A stretch of DNA of 49,410 nt from Bacillota bacterium. Its GTDB lineage: Bacteria; Bacillota; Clostridia; TANB77; CAG-508. The stretch spans positions 1 through 49,410 of the forward strand of contig CAWVJG010000029.1 of NCBI GenBank assembly GCA_963929465.1. Direction: 5' to 3'. The notes under the pieces were generated by a model, which was not told where the DNA came from, did not search any database, and saw only the letters and a list, made by a program, of their open reading frames with translations. A program made the position numbers and the translations under genes. Shown one piece after another: positions 1 to 9,684 of the stretch (position 1 is its first letter; each line of letters begins with the position of its first letter).

Positions 1-82
1 ACATATTCTGTCATTTTCATTTCTAATGTTCCTTTTATATATGCTAACATATCTTCTTCCTTCCTTTTTTTATTTCATTGAA

Positions 83-181
83 GTTGCCAAAGGGGACGGG
101 TTAAAATGGCAACTTTTTATGTTATAAAATGATTTATTTTTTTATCCAAAGTTGCCATTTTAACCCGTCCCCTTTGGCAAC
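83..181. repeat. Repeat A1: perfect 31-bp inverted repeat with GGGGACGG box
   Basis: gttgccaaaggggacgggttaaaatggcaac at 83-113 and its exact reverse complement at 151-181. Each arm is itself a hairpin (gttgcca...tggcaac). Confidence 0.9.
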
Positions 182-183
182 CT

Positions 184-750
184 TTATGTATCATAGAAAT
201 AAGTAGCTTCTAAATCTGCTTCATGTGTTAATAAAGCTATTGGATATTTTGTGTAAGAAGCTCCTATGGCATTATATAATTCTTTTGGTTCTGTATATCC
301 CATATGCCAGCGAATTGCATATTTTTCTTCTGGTGTTAATTTCATATATTCTGTAATCATCATAACAGATTTTTCTCCATGTCCATATGGAATGGTATCT
401 TCAATTATATAATATGGTACTTTTTCCCATACACCTAATGCATTTTTTGCATTTCTATAATCTACTTTATAAAAATTGGTTTTACAAATATCATGTAATA
501 ATCCAATGATAATAATAGATTCTTCTGGTACGGTTACGCCTTTTATATTGTGTTCTACTTTATGTTTTAAAATTTCATATACTTTTAAACTATGCTCTAC
601 TAATCCTCCTTCATGGTCTCCATGAAATCTAGTACTTGCAGGTGCTTTAAAAAAGTCTGACTTTTCTAAAAAATTAATAATATCTTCTATTCCTTCTCGA
701 TTTACTGTTCTTAATAATTTTAAAAATTCTTCTTTCATTTTTTTCTCCAT
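184..750 (-). CDS. HD-domain metal-dependent phosphohydrolase
   Basis: 188-aa ORF with the H...HD signature (FHGDHEGGLVEHS ... LLHDICK) plus GHGEKS and HEADLEA motifs. The ATG at 738 has the better-spaced GGAG, so the true start may be 738. Confidence 0.7.
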   Translation of the reverse strand: MEKKMKEEFLKLLRTVNREGIEDIINFLEKSDFFKAPASTRFHGDHEGGLVEHSLKVYEILKHKVEHNIKGVTVPEESIIIIGLLHDICKTNFYKVDYRNAKNALGVWEKVPYYIIEDTIPYGHGEKSVMMITEYMKLTPEEKYAIRWHMGYTEPKELYNAIGASYTKYPIALLTHEADLEATYFYDT

Positions 751-956
751 TCCTTTCCATCAAACATTTCTGTTGAAAAATGAAATTTTTGTCTAAATTA
801 GCATTGTAATTTTCTCAACTACTATTTTATTCTTTCACATTATATAAATTCTATCTAAAAAAGTCAATATCTTTTCGAACTTTTGTTTTAGCTTAATTTC
901 TTTAAATATGATATTTTGTATATGAAATGATACGTGTTTTCTATTTACAAATTGTT

Positions 957-994
957 AAAGAGAAACCTATCTCATTTCCATATGGTTTCTCTTT
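957..994 (-). terminator. Possible terminator after the 788-aa gene
   Basis: The 9-11 bp stem agagaaacc/ggtttctct has a large loop and only a weak U-tract. Confidence 0.4.
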
Positions 995-1000
995 AAAATA

Positions 1001-3367
1001 TCATCTTTCTATTTCTTTTCTGGAATTTTCAATTGCTTTTGAACATTCGCTGATTTGCTTCAATTCCTCTTCTGTATATACTTTTTCTGGTTCTCTATCA
1101 CACACATATTGTAATAATCTTTTTACCCAACTGTTCTTTTCATTTCCGTTTTCATCATATCTGGCAGAATGATGTGTCACCTTTGTAATGATTTCTGGAT
1201 GCTCTCTTGCTTCCTTTCTTAATTTTGCAATATCAAATCTTTTGCCTTTAATAAATTCTGGTTCTAATTTTTCATATTCTTCTATTGCTAACCCAAATGT
1301 AGCTGTGTTTTTCCCTGGTTCTACTTCCCCATACTTTTTTCCATACAACTTTTCTATAATGGCTTTTTGTGTGTTGTGTAATTTGACAATTAAATATCCA
1401 CCTACATATTTTCTACTATAATTTTTATCTAATAATGCTAAAAGTTTCCATCTCTGATATGGATCTGTTACTGTATTTTTACCACTTGTTAGCCCCTCTT
1501 CTTCCTCTTTTTCCTTTCTAGTTGTTGTGTTTTCTCCTTTTATATCTGATGCATATGCAGAAATATAATTTTTCACTAATTTTTCTCTTTTCTTGACATT
1601 GTCACCATATGTTGTATAGATTAATATCAATTTTTCTGTTTCATCCATATCTGGATTTTGTAATATTTCCTCTATACTTACTTTTTCTTTCTCAGATTCA
1701 AAATATGTTCTTGCATCATTTGTTCTCAAATCACCTTGAAGGGTTAATTTTTTAACTAAATCATTTCCTCCTTGCTGTAACACAGTTTCTAAGATTAATA
1801 AATTATCTTTGTATAGTTCTATGATATCTTCTTGTGTAACATCTGTCATATGTTCTAGTATTTTTTTATCTGATTCCAGTTTTTCTTCTTCATTTAAATT
1901 TTCTCTTTTTAGTGCCTGGTATAATAATCCATATCTTTTATATTTCACAATGATATCACTATTTGTATGTTTACGTTTCTTTTCTTTTTTAGCATCTTGA
2001 TATAGATTTGCTAATTCTTCTTCTTGTAATTCTAAATCTATTTTTTGTCCTTCTGGCAATTTTTCATTAATTCTTTTGATTGTATCTAAGTTTATTCTAT
2101 TTTGTATATATACATCTAAAATATCTCTTGATGTCAAAATTCCTTTTTGATAATATTGATAAATTTGTTGTTCTTCTAATGGTATTGGATATCTTATAAT
2201 AGCTTCTTTTACATCTCTCTCATGAATTCTTCCTTGTTGAAAAGCCTCCATAACCAATTCTTTTTCTCCATAACTTGCAAGAACATCCATACTAATAATA
2301 TGATCACTATATAGGTTCATTAACATTTCATTACTTAAATCATCTTCTAATAAATTTACAATATCATCTCTATCTTGCATTCCTAAGGTATTGTGTAATT
2401 TTATTAGATTTTCATATTTTTTTCTTTTTTCTGGAAGTTCTTCATTTTGTCCTTTGTTTTGCCCTTCATTTTGTTCATCTTCATGATGAATTTCTTTATA
2501 TAAATCTGCAATTTCTTGAATATCGTAAAGTTCTTCTATTCTTCTTTGTAGTGTATTTTCCTTTCCATCTTCTATACTTTCTGCAGTCATTTGTAATCTT
2601 TCTTCTGGTGTTAGCAATTCCCAAGTTTCTTCATCATTTAAATCTATATTCTGATTATCTGTAAATTTTTGTTGTTTAATTTTTTGTTTGATACTATTGA
2701 AATCCATGTCTTTTTGCTTAGCATATGCTTCTACTCGTTTTAACGTAAATGTCCCACATTGATATAATCCTACCAAAGTTTCTTCTGATACAGGATAGTT
2801 TGTAGCGATTGTATATACAGTTGTATTATTTAATTTTTTTCTTTGTGCTAGATATAGAAGATTTTCTTCTTTTTGTGCCAATTTCCTTAATTGATCCTTA
2901 GAACAGTATTCTTCATATCCATTGGTTTCTTTTAATAAGATTTTCCCTGAGTCTATCTGCTCTTTTGTATAATATTCTTGCTTTTCTGCATTGTACTGAG
3001 AAAGGAATTTTTCCATATCTCTAATTCCATAAAAATGTTTATCATCTAATTTTATTTTTTCTTTCTCGTCTATCATTTTTACGATTTCTTGTAGCGCATG
3101 AAAAAATCTCTTTTCATCTTCTGCTAATTCTTTTCTTTCTTCTAATTTTTGATTTAATCTATGAGCATGATATAACACATATTTATCCGTATTTACATGT
3201 GATTTAAACATTTCTAAGAAAACTCTTAGATTTTCATTCAATATTCCATTATCTGCTAATTCAATTGTTTTTCCGAAATTTTTATCTTGCAATAGTTCAT
3301 TATTTTCTCCTAGAAAATATCTTTGTTTTTTTAAAGTTCTACCAATCAAAGCCCTAGTCATCGACAT
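1001..3367 (-). CDS. Uncharacterised 788-aa cytoplasmic repeat protein
   Basis: Long intact ORF, last gene of a 3-gene operon, with no TM segment or signal peptide. It has recurring helical units of the form LY..G[ILV][ST]..D[ILV] (IYQYYQKGILTSRDILDVY, LMNLYSDHIISMDVLASY, IIELYKDNLLILETVL). No family recognised. Confidence 0.6.
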   Translation of the reverse strand: MSMTRALIGRTLKKQRYFLGENNELLQDKNFGKTIELADNGILNENLRVFLEMFKSHVNTDKYVLYHAHRLNQKLEERKELAEDEKRFFHALQEIVKMIDEKEKIKLDDKHFYGIRDMEKFLSQYNAEKQEYYTKEQIDSGKILLKETNGYEEYCSKDQLRKLAQKEENLLYLAQRKKLNNTTVYTIATNYPVSEETLVGLYQCGTFTLKRVEAYAKQKDMDFNSIKQKIKQQKFTDNQNIDLNDEETWELLTPEERLQMTAESIEDGKENTLQRRIEELYDIQEIADLYKEIHHEDEQNEGQNKGQNEELPEKRKKYENLIKLHNTLGMQDRDDIVNLLEDDLSNEMLMNLYSDHIISMDVLASYGEKELVMEAFQQGRIHERDVKEAIIRYPIPLEEQQIYQYYQKGILTSRDILDVYIQNRINLDTIKRINEKLPEGQKIDLELQEEELANLYQDAKKEKKRKHTNSDIIVKYKRYGLLYQALKRENLNEEEKLESDKKILEHMTDVTQEDIIELYKDNLLILETVLQQGGNDLVKKLTLQGDLRTNDARTYFESEKEKVSIEEILQNPDMDETEKLILIYTTYGDNVKKREKLVKNYISAYASDIKGENTTTRKEKEEEEGLTSGKNTVTDPYQRWKLLALLDKNYSRKYVGGYLIVKLHNTQKAIIEKLYGKKYGEVEPGKNTATFGLAIEEYEKLEPEFIKGKRFDIAKLRKEAREHPEIITKVTHHSARYDENGNEKNSWVKRLLQYVCDREPEKVYTEEELKQISECSKAIENSRKEIER

Positions 3368-3385
3368 CCCATAAAACTCATCTTC

Positions 3386-3865
3386 TCAAGCTTCTCTTAA
3401 AGCTGATTCTAATTCTTTGTTTTCTATGTTGGGTAGTATTGTTTTTATTTTATCAAACTTTTCATTTTCTTTGTTTATCTCTTGTCCATATACTGTTATT
3501 CTAGAATCTATTAGCGTAAAACCCTTTTTCCCATCTCTTTCAGTGTCTATAAATACTTTAATAATTTCTTCTGGATTTATATATCTTTTTGCAAAATTTA
3601 TCGCTTTTTCTAATTCTTTTCTATTATCTTCTTCTAATTTTTTAGATACACCTATATATCTTGTTGATAAATCTTGTAATCTGTGAATCACTAAAACTAA
3701 TAATTTTTTAAAGTCAATACTTTCCGCGTTTTCCAAAAGATATTCTTCGATTGTTCGCTCCATTTTAACTTTTCCATGTCTATTAAATACATAGGATACT
3801 TCTCCTATACCTATTGTTACATTTACATTTTTTAATAAATTTTCTATTTCTCTTCTTGTTGCCAT
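3386..3865 (-). CDS. Hypothetical 159-aa protein (middle gene of 3-gene operon)
   Basis: Intact ORF 4 nt after the 265-aa gene and 18 nt before the 788-aa gene. It is charged, has no TM segment, and matches no family I recognise. Confidence 0.5.
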   Translation of the reverse strand: MATRREIENLLKNVNVTIGIGEVSYVFNRHGKVKMERTIEEYLLENAESIDFKKLLVLVIHRLQDLSTRYIGVSKKLEEDNRKELEKAINFAKRYINPEEIIKVFIDTERDGKKGFTLIDSRITVYGQEINKENEKFDKIKTILPNIENKELESALREA

Positions 3866-3869
3866 ATTT

Positions 3870-4667
3870 TTATCTCTCTCCTATCTTTGTTTCAATTACT
3901 CTTTCCTCTAAATCTGTTAAAATATTTTGATTAATATTAATTTCTATATTTTCTTTCTCTTTTAATTCTCTTATTTTATCCATATCTACCTTTTGCTTTG
4001 TCAAAATTAATGCATATTCTCCTTCATTATCTGCTTCTAATTGTTCTATAGCATCTTCTATATTCTCTGCATCATATATTTCTATTTCTATAAAATTCTC
4101 ATCACAATATCGTATGATGTCTTGCTGGATGTCTTCAAACTCTTCATCATCGATGTATAATGCTACATTATATATTGGCTTATATGATACATTTTGAATT
4201 TTTGCTTTTAATAATTGTGAATATTGTGCTTTATCTTGCAAAACAATCTTTTTTATTTCTTTTTCATCTTTCAATTGTTCTATATCCAATGTTCTAATAA
4301 CCGTAATATGTATATCTATTTTTAGTTCTTTCAATACTTCTTCTATGATTTTTATAATTACACTGTTTGTTCCTAACATCGTTTCATTCACACATATCGT
4401 TAAATTGGTATTACTACAAATGGCTTTTATAGCCAAAAGATATGTCATATATGGATTTCCATTATGTGTTATGATGACATTTTTATCTGTAAATTCTCCC
4501 ATGTCCTTATCTTTTACATTTTCAGCAATTTGTATAAATCTATTGATGTTTACTTTCATTTTATAATGTTTTCTATCTATTTGATTGGCTTTATAAATAT
4601 TCTTTTCTTCTTCTTTCATTCTTGTTATGATTTTATTTAGTAAATTCTCTTTTTTACTTTTCTCCAT
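3870..4667 (-). CDS. Short ProA-like (gamma-glutamyl phosphate reductase / ALDH-fold) protein, probably non-catalytic
   Basis: The segment VIITHNGNPYMTYLLAIKAICSNTNLTICV resembles the ProA core (IYE.RPNVT.DAA.LC.K.GNA..LRG) as I recall it. It is only 265 aa against about 415 for ProA, and I cannot find the catalytic-Cys region. The assignment is tentative. Confidence 0.35.
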   Translation of the reverse strand: MEKSKKENLLNKIITRMKEEEKNIYKANQIDRKHYKMKVNINRFIQIAENVKDKDMGEFTDKNVIITHNGNPYMTYLLAIKAICSNTNLTICVNETMLGTNSVIIKIIEEVLKELKIDIHITVIRTLDIEQLKDEKEIKKIVLQDKAQYSQLLKAKIQNVSYKPIYNVALYIDDEEFEDIQQDIIRYCDENFIEIEIYDAENIEDAIEQLEADNEGEYALILTKQKVDMDKIRELKEKENIEININQNILTDLEERVIETKIGER

Positions 4668-4684
4668 TTCTCTTCACCCTTTTT

Positions 4685-4713
4685 ATTATACCCTTTACAT
4701 AAACTTTTTTCAA
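4685..4713 (-). promoter_or_regulatory. SigA-type promoter of the 3-gene operon (3870-4667 onward)
   Basis: On the minus strand, TTGAAA-17 nt-TATAAT, located just after the dapL terminator. Confidence 0.5.
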
Positions 4714-4771
4714 TTGTATTGGTCTATTTTTTATTGGTTATGACACTATTCAGTTGTAAAGATATTTGATA

Positions 4772-4820
4772 TTAAAAAAAGAAAAACAATTAGAAATTTT
4801 CCCTTCTAATTGTCTTTCTT
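4772..4820 (-). terminator. Rho-independent terminator of dapF-dapL
   Basis: A 17-bp stem (one mismatch) aagaaagacaattagaa is followed by T7 on the minus strand. Confidence 0.7.
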
Positions 4821-4824
4821 TTCA

Positions 4825-6063
4825 TTATCTTATATTCCAATTTTTTATTCTTTCAATTGCTTTTAATGTATTTTCTTTTGTTCCAAAAGCAGTTAGTCTA
4901 AAATATCCTTCTCCATGGGGACCAAATCCACTTCCTGGTGTTCCTACAATATTTACCTCTTCTAGTAACTTGTCAAAGAATTTCCATGAAGTCATTCCTT
5001 CTGGTACTTTTAACCAGATATATGGTGAATTCACGGCTCCATATACTGTAAATCCAGCTTCTTCTAATCCATTTTTGATAATTTTTGCGTTTTCTTTATA
5101 ATATCCAATATTTTCTTTTATTTGTTTTCTTCCTTCAGGTGTATAGGTAGCTTCTGCCGCTCTTTGCACAATATATGATACTCCATTAAATTTTGTGCAA
5201 GTTCTTCTATTCCAAAGTTTATTTAAATCAATTGTTTCTCCATTTTTTGTATATCCTTTTACTGTTTTTGGAATAACCACATAAGCACATCTGACACCTG
5301 TAAATCCTGCTGTTTTTGAATAGCTCTTAAATTCAATTGCTACATCTTTTGCCCCTTCTACTTCATAAATACTATGTGGTATATCTTTTTCTTCTATAAA
5401 GGCTTCATATGCTGCATCATATAATATGATACTGTTGTTTTCTTTTGCATAATCTACCCAAACTTTTAAATCTTCTTTGGTTAATACAGTTCCTGTTGGG
5501 TTATTTGGAAAACATAAATATATCATATCCACTTTTTCTTTTGGTAAAGCTGGTTTAAAATTATTTTCAGCTGTTACTGGTAAATATACAATATTTTCAT
5601 ATGTTCCTGTTTTATCATTATATTTTCCACTTCTACCTGACATGACATTTGTATCTAGATATACTGGATATACTGGGTCTGTAATGGCAACTTTATTATT
5701 TTGTGCAAATATGTCAACAATATTTCCACAATCACATTTTGCTCCATCAGATACAAATACCTCGCCTGGCTCTATATCTACTCCTCTTGCTTTATAGTCA
5801 TTTTCTACAATGGCATTTCTTAAAAATTCATATCCTTGTTCTGGTCCATATCCTTTAAATCCTTCAGCTGTTCCGATTTCATCAACTGCTTTATGCATTG
5901 CTTCTAAACAAGCTGGAACAATTGGTTTTGTAACATCTCCTATTCCTAATTTGATAATTTCTTTATCTGGATTGTTTTTACTATATTCAGCTACTTTTTT
6001 TGCTATGGTAGAAAATAAATAGCTATCTTGTAAATTTAAAAAATTTTCATTTATATAACTCAT
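4825..6063 (-). CDS. dapL: LL-diaminopimelate aminotransferase
   Basis: 412-aa class I aminotransferase. The N-terminus [20 protein letters not shown] and the PLP-lysine motif [10 protein letters not shown] are typical of DapL, and it lies directly downstream of dapF. Confidence 0.85.
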   Translation of the reverse strand: MSYINENFLNLQDSYLFSTIAKKVAEYSKNNPDKEIIKLGIGDVTKPIVPACLEAMHKAVDEIGTAEGFKGYGPEQGYEFLRNAIVENDYKARGVDIEPGEVFVSDGAKCDCGNIVDIFAQNNKVAITDPVYPVYLDTNVMSGRSGKYNDKTGTYENIVYLPVTAENNFKPALPKEKVDMIYLCFPNNPTGTVLTKEDLKVWVDYAKENNSIILYDAAYEAFIEEKDIPHSIYEVEGAKDVAIEFKSYSKTAGFTGVRCAYVVIPKTVKGYTKNGETIDLNKLWNRRTCTKFNGVSYIVQRAAEATYTPEGRKQIKENIGYYKENAKIIKNGLEEAGFTVYGAVNSPYIWLKVPEGMTSWKFFDKLLEEVNIVGTPGSGFGPHGEGYFRLTAFGTKENTLKAIERIKNWNIR

Positions 6064-6081
6064 ATTATCAATTCCTTTCTT

Positions 6082-6957
6082 TTAATCTTTAGGCATATCC
6101 ATTAGTTCACCTTCAAAAACAGTCACTGCAGGTCCTGTCATATATACATGATTATCTTGCTTTTCCCACTCTATTTCTAAAGTTCCACCTAATAGTTCTA
6201 CATTTACCTTATTTTCTGTTAATCCATTTAGACTGCATGCTACGACTGATGCACAAGCACCTGTGCCACAAGCTAATGTTTCTCCAGCACCTCTTTCCCA
6301 AACTCTCATTTTTATATGATTTTTATCTACAATTTCAATAAATTCTACATTTGTTTTATTTGGAAATACTTTATCTACTTCTAAAATTTTCCCATAAGTT
6401 TCTACATCAAATTCTTTTGTATTTTCTACAAAAGTAATCGCATGTGGATTTCCCATTGAAACACAAGTAAATGTAAATTCTTTATTTTTTGCTTTTAATG
6501 TTAAATTTTTTACTGGTTCTTCTTCTGAAACAACAGGTATTTCTTTTGGTGTAAGGATTGGCTCTCCCATATCCACTCTTACTGTTTTTACCTTTCCTTG
6601 TTCTACATTTAACTGTAGTATTTTTACACCTGCTAATGTTTCTATGGTAACTTCTGTTTTATTTGTAAGTCCTTTGTCATATACAAATTTTCCTACACAT
6701 CGAATTCCATTTCCACACATTTCTGCTTCACTACCATCTGAATTAAACATCCTCATTTTAAAATCTGCAATTTCACTTTTACATATTAGAATCAATCCAT
6801 CTGATCCAATCCCGAAATTTCGATTGCTAACAAATTGAGCTAGAGATGATTCCTTTTCTATATTTTGATGAATAGCATCCATATAGACATAATCATTCCC
6901 TAGCCCATGCATTTTTGTAAATTTTATCATTTTATTCTCATCCCTTCCTAAAGGCAC
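6082..6957 (-). CDS. dapF: Diaminopimelate epimerase
   Basis: Motifs [19 protein letters not shown] and LACGTGACA (the two catalytic Cys). The track ORF starts at a GTG at 6957; the ATG at 6930 ([14 protein letters not shown]) is the more likely start. Confidence 0.9.
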   Translation of the reverse strand: MPLGRDENKMIKFTKMHGLGNDYVYMDAIHQNIEKESSLAQFVSNRNFGIGSDGLILICKSEIADFKMRMFNSDGSEAEMCGNGIRCVGKFVYDKGLTNKTEVTIETLAGVKILQLNVEQGKVKTVRVDMGEPILTPKEIPVVSEEEPVKNLTLKAKNKEFTFTCVSMGNPHAITFVENTKEFDVETYGKILEVDKVFPNKTNVEFIEIVDKNHIKMRVWERGAGETLACGTGACASVVACSLNGLTENKVNVELLGGTLEIEWEKQDNHVYMTGPAVTVFEGELMDMPKD

Positions 6958-6962
6958 AAATC

Positions 6963-7088
6963 AAGTTGGAAAAGAATTAAATTTTGGCAAGGAAAATTTT
7001 ATTTAAAAGGCAAGGGCGCATACTATTGTATGTAACCGCGTTTTAAATGAAATTTGACGCAGACAAAATTGTAATTATTTTTCAACTT
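6963..7088. repeat. Imperfect 126-bp palindrome D with GC-rich bulges
   Basis: aagttggaaaagaattaaattttg ... caaaattgtaattatttttcaactt. The unpaired boxes are gcaagg, ggcaagg, aaccgcg and gacgcaga. Confidence 0.75.
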
Positions 7089-7269
7089 TCACCTCTTTTA
7101 GGTATTAATATATAGAATAATATAATTATATGATTCTATTCTGGATTTTATCATAGTATCCTATTTTTGTAAATAGAAACTATTTATAAAAAATTCATAA
7201 AATCTTAACTTTTGCATTATTGTAAAAACATAAATATTACTATATAATAAAGAAAAAGATTATATAGAG

Positions 7270-7971
7270 GTGTCTATGAAACTTTTTAGAAAACTATTAT
7301 TGATTATTTGTATATTGATTTTAATTGCCGTTATTGTATGTGGCATTATTGGTTTTGTTGCTTATTCTAAAGCCTTAGATGAAAAACCACTGTTAACAAG
7401 AACAGCAGAAGTAACAGAAGATGAACATTATACCCCTTTTAGTGAAATGTCTCAAGACTATATCAATGCCGTTATTTCTGTTGAAGATAGAAGATATTAT
7501 GACCATGGCCCAGTTGATTTTATTGGAATTGCTAGAGCCCTTTGGACAAACCTTAGAACTGGTGAGTTACAAGAAGGTGGTAGTACCATTACACAGCAAG
7601 TTGCTAAAAATTTAGTTTTTACACAAGAAGAAACTGCAACTAGAAAATTGGGAGAATTATTTGCTGCTTATGATTTAGAGCAAAAATTTTCAAAAGATGA
7701 AATCTTTGCTTTATATGTCAATAGTGCTTATTTCGGAGATGGCTATTATGGTATTTATGATGCTAGTATGGGATATTATAATAAAGAACCAAAAGATTTA
7801 AACTTAGATGAAGCTTCTATGCTTGCTGGTGTTCCAAATGCTCCTTCTGTCTATGCTCCAACAGTTAATCCAGATTTAGCCAACCAAAGACAGGCGCATG
7901 TTTTAAAAACAATGGTTGAAAACGAATATATTACACAAGAACAAGCTGATGAAATTATAAATAGTAAGTAA
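7270..7971 (+). CDS. Monofunctional peptidoglycan glycosyltransferase (GT51)
   Basis: N-terminal TM helix, then the GT51 motifs EDRRYYDHGPVD and GGSTITQQVAKN. The ATG at 7276 follows AGAGG and is the likely start. Confidence 0.8.
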   Translation: MSMKLFRKLLLIICILILIAVIVCGIIGFVAYSKALDEKPLLTRTAEVTEDEHYTPFSEMSQDYINAVISVEDRRYYDHGPVDFIGIARALWTNLRTGELQEGGSTITQQVAKNLVFTQEETATRKLGELFAAYDLEQKFSKDEIFALYVNSAYFGDGYYGIYDASMGYYNKEPKDLNLDEASMLAGVPNAPSVYAPTVNPDLANQRQAHVLKTMVENEYITQEQADEIINSK

Positions 7972-7999
7972 AAAAAGACATATTAACATGTCTTTTTTT
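7971..7999. terminator. Bidirectional terminator between the GT51 gene and mnmA
   Basis: The stem agacat/atgtct is flanked by A6 and T6 runs between convergent stops. Confidence 0.7.
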
Positions 8000-8003
8000 A
8001 CAT

Positions 8004-9053
8004 CTATACTATTTTTCCCCCACCTAAAACAATTCCATCTTCATCATAAAATACAACAGATTGTCCTTGTGTAATTGCTCTTTGTGGTTCTTGAAATAAC
8101 ACTTTTATGTTTTCATTTTCTTTTATGACTTTTGCTTTTGCTTCTTTTGCTCTATATCTGATTTTTGCCAAACATTCTAGTCCTTCTTCTAATCTATTTT
8201 CAACATTTACAATCCAATTGACATTCATTGCTTCTAATTGGTTACTATACAATTCTTTTTCAGTACCAACAATGACTTGATTATTCTTAATATCTAATTT
8301 TACAACATATAATGGTTCTTTATAAGAAATTCCTAGTCCTTTTCTTTGCCCTATTGTATAATTGATTAATCCATTATGCGTTCCCAAAACTTCTCCTGTT
8401 GTTAAAATAATCTTTCCTTTTTTTGGTTGTTTTTGCATATTTTCTTTTAAAAATCTTTGATAATCATCATCCTTTATAAAACAGATTTCTTGACTATCCT
8501 TTTTATTGGCAATTTCTAGTCCATATTCTTCTGCTAACGCTCTTGTATCTCCTTTACTCTCATTATCTTGCAATGGAAATAAAATATACTCTACTTTTTC
8601 TCTCGGAATGGTGTATAGAAAATATGTCTGATCTTTTTTTTCTTCATTTGATTTTCTTAAGACATATTGCTTATATTTTTCTGAATATTCTTTTTTTGCA
8701 TAATGACCTGTTGCAATATATTGGCATCCTAATTCTTTTGCCTTGTCATAAAAAGTACCAAATTTCAAATATTGGTTACATTCCACACAAGGATTTGGTG
8801 TTCTTGCATTTTCATACTCAGAAATAAAAGTATCAATCACATGACATCTAAATTCTTTTCTACAATCAAAAACATGATGTTCAATTGCTAATTTTTCACA
8901 TACTTTTTTAGCATCTTTTATGGCTTCCTCATTTGGTTCATCTAACAAATTCATTGTACAACCAATGACTTCATATCCTGCTTTTTTTAAAAGAATGGCT
9001 GACACAGAACTATCTACGCCGCCACTCATTCCTAATAATACTTTTTCTTTCAT
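8004..9053 (-). CDS. mnmA: tRNA 2-thiouridine(34) synthase
   Basis: 349 aa with the PP-loop GMSGGVDSSV and a length and architecture typical of MnmA. Confidence 0.9.
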   Translation of the reverse strand: MKEKVLLGMSGGVDSSVSAILLKKAGYEVIGCTMNLLDEPNEEAIKDAKKVCEKLAIEHHVFDCRKEFRCHVIDTFISEYENARTPNPCVECNQYLKFGTFYDKAKELGCQYIATGHYAKKEYSEKYKQYVLRKSNEEKKDQTYFLYTIPREKVEYILFPLQDNESKGDTRALAEEYGLEIANKKDSQEICFIKDDDYQRFLKENMQKQPKKGKIILTTGEVLGTHNGLINYTIGQRKGLGISYKEPLYVVKLDIKNNQVIVGTEKELYSNQLEAMNVNWIVNVENRLEEGLECLAKIRYRAKEAKAKVIKENENIKVLFQEPQRAITQGQSVVFYDEDGIVLGGGKIV

Positions 9054-9141
9054 TAAAATTCCTCATTCCAATTTCATCTATATTTTATTACTTTTCATCC
9101 AAAGAAACATGTATATTATTTTTAAACACCGCGTAAACGAA

Positions 9142-9423
9142 TTAGTCTATCTTGTATTTTTCTTTTACTTCTTCCAATGCTTTTGATAGTTGGTCTGGAC
9201 AAGATGTCCCTTTTGTACCACAAGGAATACCTTTTAATCTTCTGATAGCTTCATTAATATTCATTCCTTCTATTAATCTAGATACTCCTACTGTATTTCC
9301 AGCACATCCACCAACAATGATTAATTTTTTAATAATATTACCATCTAATTCAATAATCATTTCTCTTGAACAAACTCCACTAGGTCTATATCGATATTCC
9401 ATGATGATTCCTCCATTCCACAA
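9142..9423 (-). CDS. TSCPD-domain small protein
   Basis: Contains the literal GTSCPDQ motif and GGCAGNT. GGAGG lies 7 nt before the ATG at 9402 (MEYRYRPSG), which is the likely start. Confidence 0.7.
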   Translation of the reverse strand: MWNGGIIMEYRYRPSGVCSREMIIELDGNIIKKLIIVGGCAGNTVGVSRLIEGMNINEAIRRLKGIPCGTKGTSCPDQLSKALEEVKEKYKID

Positions 9424-9457
9424 ATTATATAAACATTTTTAATGTTTCTTAAAATGT

Positions 9458-9486
9458 TTGACAAATCTAAACTATCTGTGTATAAT
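9458..9486 (+). promoter_or_regulatory. SigA-type promoter (sRNA copy 1)
   Basis: TTGACA-17 nt-TATAAT with an upstream TGTG (extended -10). Confidence 0.55.
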
Positions 9487-9491
9487 AAATA

Positions 9492-9579
9492 TAGGAAATA
9501 AAAGCCACAGAAAATGTGTGCTACCTATATGATAGATATACACCACATTGCTTGGCAGAGCAAAATGTGGTGTATTTTT
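9492..9579 (+). ncRNA. Candidate small RNA, copy 1 (antisense to the TSCPD-gene leader)
   Basis: A consensus promoter (9458-9486) is followed by about 85 nt ending in the hairpin tacaccacatt/aatgtggtgta (9539-9574) plus TTTTT. It is paralogous to 22532-22620. Confidence 0.45.
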
Positions 9580-9631
9580 ATTGTTCCTTATTTACACCTA
9601 CATCTGCTTCTTTTTATTTCCTATGGTTGAT

Positions 9632-9660
9632 ACTATACTACATATTTTTCTAAAAAACAA
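9632..9660 (-). promoter_or_regulatory. Putative promoter of the TSCPD-gene transcript
   Basis: On the minus strand, TTGTTT-17 nt-TATAGT. It implies a leader of about 220 nt before the ATG at 9402. Confidence 0.4.
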
Positions 9661-9684
9661 GCGAACATAGTAAAATTTTACATT

